Position numbers and translations under genes: made by a program. Source: Alphaproteobacteria bacterium (GTDB lineage Bacteria; Pseudomonadota; Alphaproteobacteria; GCA-2731375). From it: a stretch of 64,000 nucleotides of DNA. The number at the start of each line of letters is the position of its first letter. Within the stretch, counting starts at the first letter, position 1. The stretch covers positions 64,001-128,000 of the forward strand of contig CBDDBZ010000028.1 of assembly GCA_965225945.1 (NCBI GenBank). The letters are read 5' to 3'. Below the pieces are notes generated by a model. That model was not told the DNA's origin. It did no database searches and saw only the letters and a program-made list of their open reading frames with translations. Positions 1-8,434 of the stretch are shown here, piece by piece.

Positions 1-314
1 CGCGGGCGGTGATCGACGTCTCCGGCGACGGGCCCGCCAATCGAGGCCTCTCGCCGAACGCGGCGCGCGACGCGGCCCTCGCCCTGGGGCTGACGGTGAA
101 CGGCCTCGCGATCCTCAACGAGGCGCCCGGGCTCGATCTTTATTACCTCGAAAACGTGGTCGGCGGTCCGGCCGCCTTCGTCGAGACGACGGCGAGCTTC
201 GAGGATTTCGCCGAGGCCATGAAACGCAAGCTTTCGAGGGAAATTCGCGGCGGCGGATTGGTCCGTCTGGGGCCCGCGCGCGCGGGCGGCGAAAGGGCTG
301 TCATGATCCGTTGA
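1..314 (+). CDS. DUF1194 (VWA-like) domain protein, 3' part
   Basis: IDVSGDG..N, TVNGLAI and YY.ENVVGG..AFV...F.EAMKRKL.REI motifs; ORF runs off the window start. Confidence 0.75.
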   Translation, partial: RAVIDVSGDGPANRGLSPNAARDAALALGLTVNGLAILNEAPGLDLYYLENVVGGPAAFVETTASFEDFAEAMKRKLSREIRGGGLVRLGPARAGGERAVMIR

Positions 315-400
315 CAAGCCGAAGGGCCAACTCGTAGGGTCGCCCGGTCCTGGGGGGCGAGCAACGGAGAAACGGACGTCGGTTCCGGTCGGGGAGGCAC

Positions 401-1399
401 GTGGCGTACCTATTGGAAATCGAGGACCTGCGCACCCAATTCTTCACCTCGCAGGGTACGGTGCGGGCGGTCGACGGAATTTCCTACAACGTCGACAAAG
501 GCGAGACCGTCGCGATAGTGGGCGAGTCCGGCTGCGGCAAGTCGGTGAGCGCGCTGTCGATCCTGCGGCTGATTCCCGATCCGCCGGGAAAGATCGTCAG
601 CGGCTCCATCCACTTCATGGGCAAGAACCTCCTGGAGATGAGCGACCGGGAGATCCGCGCGGTGCGCGGGCGCGACATCGGCATGGTGTTCCAGGAGCCG
701 ATGACCAGCCTCAACCCCGTGCTCACGGTCGGCCGTCAGTTGACGGAGACGTTGGAACACCATCTGAAATCGTCGCGCGAAGAGGCCCTGGAGCGGGCGC
801 GCGAACTGCTGCGGCTGGTCGGGATCGCCGATGAAGAGCGCCGCCTGGCACAATATCCCCATCACCTGAGTGGCGGCATGCGCCAACGGGTGATGATCGC
901 CATGGCACTCGCCTGCGAGCCGAAACTGATTATCGCCGACGAGCCGACGACCGCCCTCGACGTCACCATTCAGGCCCAGATCCTGGAGCTGATGCGCGAT
1001 CTGACCAAACGGCTCGGCGTCGCGCTGATCGTCATCACGCACAACCTCGGCGTCGTCGCCCGCTATGCCGAGCGGGTTAACGTCATGTATGCCGGCAAGG
1101 TGATCGAGAGCGGCAGAGCGATCGACATCTATCACCGTCCGCGCCACCCCTACACCTTGGGCCTGCTGCGCTCGGTCCCCAGGCTGGACCAGCCCCGCGG
1201 CATCCGGCTGGTGCCGATCGTCGGTCAGCCGCCGGACCTGACCGACCTCGACGGGGGCTGCGCCTTCCGGCCGCGCTGCACCTTCGCGACCGCCATGTGC
1301 GCCGGCGCGATCCCACCGCTCGAGACGGTGGGCGAGGGGCATTCGTCCGCCTGCTTCAACATCGCCACGGTCGAACAAAGCCTGAGGGAGGCATCATGA
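401..1399 (+). CDS. Peptide/nickel ABC transporter ATP-binding subunit (OppD/DppD-like)
   Basis: Walker [17 protein letters not shown] signature, IADEPTT, C-terminal [12 protein letters not shown]; GGGAGG RBS before GTG. Confidence 0.95.
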   Translation: MAYLLEIEDLRTQFFTSQGTVRAVDGISYNVDKGETVAIVGESGCGKSVSALSILRLIPDPPGKIVSGSIHFMGKNLLEMSDREIRAVRGRDIGMVFQEPMTSLNPVLTVGRQLTETLEHHLKSSREEALERARELLRLVGIADEERRLAQYPHHLSGGMRQRVMIAMALACEPKLIIADEPTTALDVTIQAQILELMRDLTKRLGVALIVITHNLGVVARYAERVNVMYAGKVIESGRAIDIYHRPRHPYTLGLLRSVPRLDQPRGIRLVPIVGQPPDLTDLDGGCAFRPRCTFATAMCAGAIPPLETVGEGHSSACFNIATVEQSLREAS

Positions 1400-2421
1400 G
1401 CGTCGATGTCGATTTCCGGGAGACGGCCGACGTCGCCGGCCAGGGCGGCGACATTCTGCTGAGCGTCAGCGGCCTCAAAAAATATTTCCCCGTCACCGCC
1501 GGCTTCGTCGTCCAGCGCACGGTGGCGGAGATCAAGGCGGTCGACGGCATCAGCTTCGACGTGCGTCGGGGCGAAACCCTGGGCCTGGTCGGCGAGTCCG
1601 GCTGCGGCAAGTCGACGACGGGGCGCTGCATCCTGCGGCTCGACAAGCCGACGAGCGGCGAGATCCGCTTCGACGGCCAGGATCTCGCGGCGCTGTCGGT
1701 CAAGGAAATGAACCGGATGCGGGAGCGGATCCAGGTGATCTTCCAGGATCCCTATTCCTCGCTCAATCCCAGGATGAAGGTCGGCGACATCATCGGCGAG
1801 CCGATGAAGGTGCACGCCATCCTGCCCGACGCGGCGCAGCGGCGCGAGCGGGTGGCGGAGCTGTTGCATGTCTGCGGTCTGAATCCGGCGATGGCGGACC
1901 GCTATCCCCACGAGATGAGCGGCGGCCAGCGCCAACGCGTCGGCATTGCCCGCGCCCTCGCGCTCAGGCCCGAGTTCATCATCTGCGACGAGGCGGTCTC
2001 CGCTCTCGACGTCTCGATCCAGGCCCAGGTGATCAACCTGCTCGAGGATCTTCGCGAGGAGTTCAATCTCACTTACCTCTTCATCGCCCACGATCTGAGC
2101 GTGGTGCGCCATCTCTGCCACCGGGTGGCGGTGATGTATCTCGGCAAGATCGTCGAGTTGGCGCCGGCCGACGAGATCTTCGACAACCCGCTGCATCCCT
2201 ATACGCAGGCCCTATTGGCCGCCGTGCCGGTGCCCGATCCCCGGATCGAGTCCGAGCGCGAGCACCAGGTCGTCAAGGGCGAGGTGCCAAGCCCGATCAA
2301 CCCGCCGAGCGGCTGCGTGTTTCATCCCCGTTGCCCAAAGGCGGTGGAACGTTGCAGTATGAGCTTGTCGGAACTCCGGGAACTGAGTCCCGAGCATTGG
2401 GTAGCGTGTTCGGAGGTTTGA
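1396..2421 (+). CDS. Peptide ABC transporter ATP-binding subunit (OppF/DppF-like)
   Basis: [38 protein letters not shown]; ATGA overlap with upstream gene. Confidence 0.95.
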   Translation: MSVDVDFRETADVAGQGGDILLSVSGLKKYFPVTAGFVVQRTVAEIKAVDGISFDVRRGETLGLVGESGCGKSTTGRCILRLDKPTSGEIRFDGQDLAALSVKEMNRMRERIQVIFQDPYSSLNPRMKVGDIIGEPMKVHAILPDAAQRRERVAELLHVCGLNPAMADRYPHEMSGGQRQRVGIARALALRPEFIICDEAVSALDVSIQAQVINLLEDLREEFNLTYLFIAHDLSVVRHLCHRVAVMYLGKIVELAPADEIFDNPLHPYTQALLAAVPVPDPRIESEREHQVVKGEVPSPINPPSGCVFHPRCPKAVERCSMSLSELRELSPEHWVACSEV

Positions 2422-2500
2422 AACCGATGGTCGGCAGGGGCCGGCCCGAGGGCGTTTTGGGAACGACACAAGTCCCGAAACAGGGAGAAGGAGCGAAAAC

Positions 2501-4111
2501 ATGAAGCGTACATTGGCGAGAGCAGCGACGCTCGGCGTCGGTCTCGCGGTGGGAGCCGGCTTCGCCGTCGGCGCCTGGGCCCAGACACCGAAACGCGGCG
2601 GCATACTCGAATTCGTGGTCGCCAGTAAGATTCCCTCTTACGACGGTCATCAGGAGACCACCTTCGGCATGATCCATCCGATCAGGCCGTTCTACAGCCT
2701 GCTGATCCGGATCAATCCGCTAAATCCGCAGTCGGCGACGGATTTCGTCTGCGATCTCTGCGCCGGCAAGGTCCCGGAGGCTACCGACGGCGGTACGAAG
2801 TACACCTTCAAGATCAAGTCGGGCGTCAAGTTCCACGACGGCACGCCGCTCACCTCGGCCGACATCAAGGCGACCTACGACAAGCTCATCTTCCCGCCGA
2901 AAGGCGTGCCGAGCTCGCGCAAGACGTTCTACACCATGGTCGAGTCGGTCACCACGCCGGACGCCGAGACGGTCGTCTTCAAGCTGAAGTATGCCTCGGG
3001 CGCCTTCATCCCGGCGCTCGCGACGCCGTTCAACTTCGTCTATTCGAAGAAGGACCTGGATACCCACGGCTACAGTTGGCACAAGACCAATATCAACGGC
3101 ACCGGTGCTTTCCGCTTCAAGCAGCATCAGCCCGGCGCCTTCGTCGAGGGCGTGCGCAACGACGACTTCCACATCAAGGGTCGGCCCTACCTCGACGGCT
3201 ACAAGGCGATCGCGGCGCCGAAGATGGCGCTCCGCATCCAGGCGATCCGGGGCGACCGCGCGGCGATCGAGTTTCGCGGCTTCCCGCCGAAGGCGCGCGA
3301 TGACCTGGTCAAGGCGCTCGGCGACAAGATCACGGTCCAGGAAAGCGACTGGAACTGCGCCAGCACCTTCGTCTTCAACAACAAGCGGCCGCCGTTCGAC
3401 GACGTCCGGGTGCGCAGGGCGCTGACCTTGGCCGTCGACCGCTGGAGCGGCTCCAAGTTCGTCTCCAAGATCGCCATCGTGAAGTCCGTGGGCGGCATCG
3501 TCTATCCGGGCAGCCCGCTTGCCGCGACCAAGGAAGAGCTGATGGGGATTGTCGGCTACGGCACGGATATCGAGAAATCGCGGGCCGAGGCCAAGCGTCT
3601 GCTGAAGGAAGCGGGCCAGGAGAACCTGACCTTCGATCTGCACAACCGCGCCGTCGACCAGCCCTACAAGCTCGTCGGCACCTGGTTGATCGATCAGTGG
3701 CGGCGGATCGGCGTCAAGGTCACCCAGAAGGCCGTGCCGACCGGTCAGTGGTACGACGTTTACCGCAAGACGCACGATTTCGACGTCGGTGTCCACGCCA
3801 CTTGCCAGTCGGTGATCAACCCTCTGGCGGACGTCGCCGTTTGGCTTTGCGGCGAAGCGAACAACTACATGGAGTGCGAGGATCCGAAGCTCCACGAATT
3901 GTTCGCGAAGATGAACCGGGAAGGCGATCCGGCCAAGCAGCGCGTCATCATGCGCCAGTTCGAGAAGCGCGCCTTGGACGAGAAGGTCCACGCGGCAATG
4001 GTGCTCTGGTGGTATAAAATCAACCCGCACCGTTCCTATGTGAAGGGTTGGAAGATCGCGCCGAGCCACTACCTGAACCAGCATTTGGACACCGTCTGGC
4101 TGGACAAGTAA
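2501..4111 (+). CDS. ABC transporter substrate-binding protein, family 5
   Basis: Signal peptide; GVKFHDGTPLTSAD, GTGAF and PFDDVRVRRAL motifs. Confidence 0.93.
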   Translation: MKRTLARAATLGVGLAVGAGFAVGAWAQTPKRGGILEFVVASKIPSYDGHQETTFGMIHPIRPFYSLLIRINPLNPQSATDFVCDLCAGKVPEATDGGTKYTFKIKSGVKFHDGTPLTSADIKATYDKLIFPPKGVPSSRKTFYTMVESVTTPDAETVVFKLKYASGAFIPALATPFNFVYSKKDLDTHGYSWHKTNINGTGAFRFKQHQPGAFVEGVRNDDFHIKGRPYLDGYKAIAAPKMALRIQAIRGDRAAIEFRGFPPKARDDLVKALGDKITVQESDWNCASTFVFNNKRPPFDDVRVRRALTLAVDRWSGSKFVSKIAIVKSVGGIVYPGSPLAATKEELMGIVGYGTDIEKSRAEAKRLLKEAGQENLTFDLHNRAVDQPYKLVGTWLIDQWRRIGVKVTQKAVPTGQWYDVYRKTHDFDVGVHATCQSVINPLADVAVWLCGEANNYMECEDPKLHELFAKMNREGDPAKQRVIMRQFEKRALDEKVHAAMVLWWYKINPHRSYVKGWKIAPSHYLNQHLDTVWLDK

Positions 4112-4131
4112 GGCACGGGCCGCCTACGCCG

Positions 4132-4175
4132 ACCGACACCACCCGCCGCCCCCCCGGGCGGCGGGTGGTGTCGGT
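4132..4175 (+). terminator. Perfect 20-bp GC-rich stem, 4-nt loop (intercistronic attenuator or mRNA stabiliser)
   Basis: ACCGACACCACCCGCCGCCC-cccc-GGGCGGCGGGTGGTGTCGGT directly after the SBP stop; no U-tract. Confidence 0.6.
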
Positions 4176-4446
4176 GGGGAAGGATGGAACGGGGGAAGGA
4201 TGGAACGGGGGAAGGATGGAACGGGGGAAGGATGGAACGGGGGAAGGATGGAACGGGGGAAGGATGGAACGGGGGAAGGATGGAACGGGGGAAGGATGGA
4301 ACGGGGGAAGGATGGAACGGGGGAAGGATGGAACGGGGGAAGGATTGAACGGGGGAAGGATGGAACGGGGGAAGGATGGAACGGGGGAAGGATTGAACGG
4401 GGGAAGGATTGAACGGGGGAAGGATTGAACGGGGGAAGGATTGAAC
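4176..4446. repeat. 16-bp tandem repeat GGGGGAAGGAT(G/T)GAAC, about 17 copies
   Basis: Exact 16-nt periodicity; T-variant in unit 11 and units 14-17; no spacers. Confidence 0.97.
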
Positions 4447-4450
4447 GAAC

Positions 4451-5404
4451 GTGTATAAATACATCGTCAACCGAATCCTGTTGATGATCCCGACGCTGTT
4501 GGGCGCGGCGGTCCTGGTGTTCTTCGTGTTGCGTCTGGTGCCGGGCGACATTTGCGAGATCCGCCTGGGGGGCACCGGCCTCTACGTCGATCCCGAGTCA
4601 GTCAAGATATGCCGAGTGGATCTCGGCCTCGAGGATCCGATCCCCGTACAGTTCGGCCGCTTCATCGCCGGCTATTTCACCTTCGATCTGGGCAAATCCA
4701 TGTGGACCGGGCGCGCCGTGTCGGAGGAGATCTCGCTTCGCTTCCAGCTCTCGCTGCAGATCGCCATCATGGCGACGATCCTATCGGTCATCATCGCGGT
4801 GCCGCTCGGCACCATATCGGCGGTGAGGCAAAACACCTGGATCGACTATGCGGTCCGAACCTTCTCGATCGCCGGCATCGCCATGCCGTCCTTCTGGCTC
4901 GGCATTTTGATCATACTCGGACTGCTGATCACCACCGGTTGGATGCCACCCATCGACTACGTCTCGCCGCTGGCGGACCCAATGGGCAACTTCGCGCAGC
5001 TGATCTGGCCGGCCGCCGCCACGGGCTACCGCTATTCGGCGGTGGTGACCCGCATGACCCGATCAAGCCTCCTCGAAGTGCTGCGCGAGGACTATGTCCG
5101 CACCGCGCGGGCCAAGGGCCTGCTGGAAAAGGTGATCATCAACCAGCACGCGCTGAAAAACGCGCTGCTGCCGGTGGTCACCATCGTCGGCATCGAGTTC
5201 GCCTTCCTGATGGGTGGCCTCGTGGTCACCGAGCAGGTGTTCAACCTGAACGGCCTCGGCAAGCTGTTCGTCGATTCGGTGCTGAACCTGGATTTCAACA
5301 TGACCCAGCAGTTGGTGATGCTGGTGGCCCTGATCTTCGTCCTCGCCAATCTGGTGGTGGACATTCTCTATGCCTGGCTCGACCCCAGGATCCGCTACGC
5401 CTAG
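4451..5404 (+). CDS. ABC transporter permease (OppB/DppB-like)
   Basis: Hydrophobic; DLGKS and DYVRTARAKGL (EAA loop) motifs. Confidence 0.95.
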   Translation: MYKYIVNRILLMIPTLLGAAVLVFFVLRLVPGDICEIRLGGTGLYVDPESVKICRVDLGLEDPIPVQFGRFIAGYFTFDLGKSMWTGRAVSEEISLRFQLSLQIAIMATILSVIIAVPLGTISAVRQNTWIDYAVRTFSIAGIAMPSFWLGILIILGLLITTGWMPPIDYVSPLADPMGNFAQLIWPAAATGYRYSAVVTRMTRSSLLEVLREDYVRTARAKGLLEKVIINQHALKNALLPVVTIVGIEFAFLMGGLVVTEQVFNLNGLGKLFVDSVLNLDFNMTQQLVMLVALIFVLANLVVDILYAWLDPRIRYA

Positions 5405-5417
5405 GAGAGGCCCGATC

Positions 5418-6317
5418 ATGACCGTGACGACCGGCGAGCTGGCGACCACCATCGAGGCCCTGCCCGAGCGCGCCTCGCTGGGGCGACGCGCCTGGGGCCT
5501 GCTCCGCCGCCAGCCACTCGGTGCCGCCGGCCTGTTGTTCATCGTGATCATGGCGGTGTTCGCCGTCGGCGCCGAGTGGCTGACCAGCTTCGATCCCGAG
5601 GAGGCGATGTTCGAGCACATGCTCGAGGCGCCGAGCTGGCAATTCCTCTTCGGCACCGACAATTTCGGCCGCGACATCTGGACCCGAATCGTCTACGGCT
5701 CCCGCACGGCGCTGCTGATCGGCTTCGTCGCCGCCACCGGCGGCTCCGTCATCGGCTTGGTGCTGGGCGTCGGCAGTGCCTATTTCGGCGGCCTCATCGA
5801 TCTCATTTTCCAGCGCGTGATGGACGTCTTCCTGGCCTTCCCCTCGATCATCATGGCGCTCGCCATCGTCTCGGTCCTGGGCACGGGGCTGGAGAACGTG
5901 ATCATCGCGATCATGCTGCCGATGATCCCCTCGTGCGCCAGGGTGGTGCGCTCGAGCGCGCTCTCGATCCGCGAGATCCCCTATGTCGACGCGGCCCGCG
6001 CGCTCGGCTACGGCCACGCCCGGATCATCCTCCGCCACATGGCGCCGAACGTCATGGCGCCGTTCCTGATCATGTTCACGTCGTTCGTGGGCCAGGCGAT
6101 CCTGGCCGAGGCCTCGCTCTCCTATCTCGGCCTCGGCGTGCAGGAGCCGGTGTCGGCCTGGGGTCTGATGCTGCAGGGCGGGGCCGAGGAATACGCCGAG
6201 AGCGCGCCGTGGGCGGCGATCTTCCCGGGTCTGGCGATCACTTTCGCGGTGTTCGCCTTCAATCTCTTCGGCGACGCGGTCCGCGACGTCCTGGATCCGA
6301 AACTGCGCTCGCGCTGA
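5418..6317 (+). CDS. ABC transporter permease (OppC/DppC-like)
   Basis: FGTDNFGRD, YVDAARALG and EASLSYLGLG motifs; AGGAGAGG RBS. Confidence 0.95.
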   Translation: MTVTTGELATTIEALPERASLGRRAWGLLRRQPLGAAGLLFIVIMAVFAVGAEWLTSFDPEEAMFEHMLEAPSWQFLFGTDNFGRDIWTRIVYGSRTALLIGFVAATGGSVIGLVLGVGSAYFGGLIDLIFQRVMDVFLAFPSIIMALAIVSVLGTGLENVIIAIMLPMIPSCARVVRSSALSIREIPYVDAARALGYGHARIILRHMAPNVMAPFLIMFTSFVGQAILAEASLSYLGLGVQEPVSAWGLMLQGGAEEYAESAPWAAIFPGLAITFAVFAFNLFGDAVRDVLDPKLRSR

Positions 6318-6377
6318 CGGTTTTTGAGCACCAAATGATGGCCTTTGAGCGCCATATGACGGTCTTCGAAATGCCGG

Positions 6378-7163
6378 CTAACGCCCCTTGAAGGGGCCGG
6401 GCTCGCGTTTCTCGGCGAAGGCGCGGGCCGCCTCCTGGAAATCCTCGCTCAGGTAGAGCTTCTCGGCTGCGGTCTGCAGGGCGATCTCGCGACGCAGCCG
6501 GGCCAGTTGCCCGCGCCGGATCCGGACCGTCGAGCGGACGCTCAAGGGCGGGTTGCGGTTCACTTCCTCGGCCAGCTCGCGCGCCGCCGCCAAGCCCTCG
6601 CCCGCCGGCGCCAAGCGGTTGATCATGCCGGCCCCGTGCGCCTCCTTCGCCGTGAACCAGCGCCCCGTGAGCGCCACCTCGGTGCCGAAGGCGGCGGCGC
6701 CGCGGAACTGCGTCAGGCCCCAGTACATGGCGCCGCCCAGGCCTCTGCTGGTCTCGGTGATGTGGATGCGGGTGCCGGCCTCGGCGACGACGAGATCGCT
6801 ATCGAGCATGATGCCGACCGCGAGGCCCATGACATAGCCGTGCGGCGCCGCGATCACCGGTTTCCAGTTGACCGCGTCCAGAAATAGCTCGCCGGCGTGT
6901 GCGCCATGGCCCTGGGGGCCGCCCAGGCGCGCGAACTCCTCGCGTGAGCGAAGCTGGCGCGCCATTACGTCGGCCCCGGTGGAGAAGGCCCGCCCGGCGC
7001 CGCGCAGGATCGCGACGTTGGCCTCCGCGTCGCCGTCGAAGCGCCTGAGCGCCGCGCCCAGCGCCACGACCGCTTCGTCGTCGAAGGCGTTCAGCTTCTC
7101 CGGCCGGTTGAAGGTGAGGGTGACGATCGCGCCGTCGCGCTGGTAGAGAATTCGCTCACTCAT
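6378..7163 (-). CDS. Enoyl-CoA hydratase/isomerase family protein
   Basis: LTFNRPEKLNA, AFSTGAD, KPVIAA..G and SEDFQEA..AF.EKR.P crotonase motifs. Confidence 0.9.
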   Translation of the reverse strand: MSERILYQRDGAIVTLTFNRPEKLNAFDDEAVVALGAALRRFDGDAEANVAILRGAGRAFSTGADVMARQLRSREEFARLGGPQGHGAHAGELFLDAVNWKPVIAAPHGYVMGLAVGIMLDSDLVVAEAGTRIHITETSRGLGGAMYWGLTQFRGAAAFGTEVALTGRWFTAKEAHGAGMINRLAPAGEGLAAARELAEEVNRNPPLSVRSTVRIRRGQLARLRREIALQTAAEKLYLSEDFQEAARAFAEKREPGPFKGR

Positions 7164-7189
7164 GGCCGCTTTCTCCCCGCCTCGCCCAT

Positions 7190-8350
7190 TCAATCCGCCG
7201 CCAACAGTTCAAGCGCGCGGGCGAGGCCGCCCGACTGCCTGGGCACGCCCGCGAGGGCGAGCCCCATCTCGACCCCGCCGAGGGTGCCGATCAACATCAA
7301 ATCGTTGAAATCGCCCAGATGTCCAATCCGGAAGACTCGGCCTTGCAGCCGGCCGAGCCCGTTGCCGAGCGACATGTCGAAGCGTTCCAGCACCGTGGCG
7401 CGGAAGGCATCCGCGTCGTGGCCCTCCGGCATCAAGACGGCGGTGAGGGAGGAGGAATAGGCCGCCTCGTCCCGGCACAAGAGCTCGAGCCCCCAGGCCT
7501 GGACCGCCGCCCGCGTCGCCGCCGCGTGCCGGTCGTGACGCTGGAACACCTGCTCTAGCCCTTCTTCCCGCAGCATGGCGATCGCCTCGCGAAGGCCGTA
7601 GAGCAGGTTGGTCGCGGGCGTGTAGGGGAACATGAGCCCGGCGTTCGCGCCGAGCATGGCCTGCCAGTCCCAATAAGCACGGGGAAGCCCCGCCCGCCTC
7701 GAGGCCTCAATCGCCTTCTCGGAGAGCGCGTTGAAGCTCAGCCCCGGCGGCAGCATCAAGCCCTTTTGCGATCCCCCGACGGTGACGTCGACGCCCCACG
7801 CCTCATGGCGGTAGTCGATCGAGGCGAGGGAGGAAATGGTGTCGACCATCAGCAGCGCCGGGTGATGCGCTGCGTCGATGGCGCGGCGGACGGCGGCGAT
7901 GTCGCTGGCGACGCCGGTCGAGGTCTCGTTGTGCACCACGCAGACCGCCTTGATCTCGTGGGCCCGGTCCTCGGCGAGACGCGCCTCGATGCGGCCCGCG
8001 TCCACCGGACCCCGCCAGTCGCCTTCCAGGAACTCGGGCGCGAGGCCCAGCCGCTCGGCGAGGTCGCGCCACAGCGTCGCGAAATGCCCGGTCTCGAACA
8101 TCACCACCCGGTCGCTGGCCGAGAGCGTGTTGACCAGTGCCGCTTCCCAGGCCCCGGTGCCGGAGGCGGGAAAGATCACCACGGGGCCGCTGGTTTGAAA
8201 AATCGCCTTGATCCCTTCCAATACCTCGCCCGTCAGTCGCCGGAACTCGGGTCCCCGGTGATCGATGGTCGGCCGGTCGATCGCCCGGAGAATCCGATCG
8301 GGAACGTTGGTCGGCCCGGGAATTTGCAGAAAGTGTCGTCCGCTCGGCAT
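7190..8350 (-). CDS. sgaA: Serine-glyoxylate aminotransferase-like, class V PLP enzyme
   Basis: GRHFLQIPGPTNVP, VHNETSTG, GSQKGLMLPPG (PLP lysine), FRIGHLG. Confidence 0.85.
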   Translation of the reverse strand: MPSGRHFLQIPGPTNVPDRILRAIDRPTIDHRGPEFRRLTGEVLEGIKAIFQTSGPVVIFPASGTGAWEAALVNTLSASDRVVMFETGHFATLWRDLAERLGLAPEFLEGDWRGPVDAGRIEARLAEDRAHEIKAVCVVHNETSTGVASDIAAVRRAIDAAHHPALLMVDTISSLASIDYRHEAWGVDVTVGGSQKGLMLPPGLSFNALSEKAIEASRRAGLPRAYWDWQAMLGANAGLMFPYTPATNLLYGLREAIAMLREEGLEQVFQRHDRHAAATRAAVQAWGLELLCRDEAAYSSSLTAVLMPEGHDADAFRATVLERFDMSLGNGLGRLQGRVFRIGHLGDFNDLMLIGTLGGVEMGLALAGVPRQSGGLARALELLAAD

Positions 8351-8434
8351 GGCGTGCTCGGCCTCGGCTGTCGGAAGGACCGTGTTTGTGCCATAAAGCC
8401 GGCAAGCGGAACAACCTCGGAAGGCAGCACGGCG

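Noticed and set aside
4176-4446. CRISPR array
   Set aside because: Units are contiguous with no unique spacers, and there are no cas genes in the window.
4048-4575. Repeat-encoded ORFs (MERGKDGTGEGWNGGR; PPFHPSP)
   Set aside because: Open only because the 16-mer has few stops; they overlap real genes.
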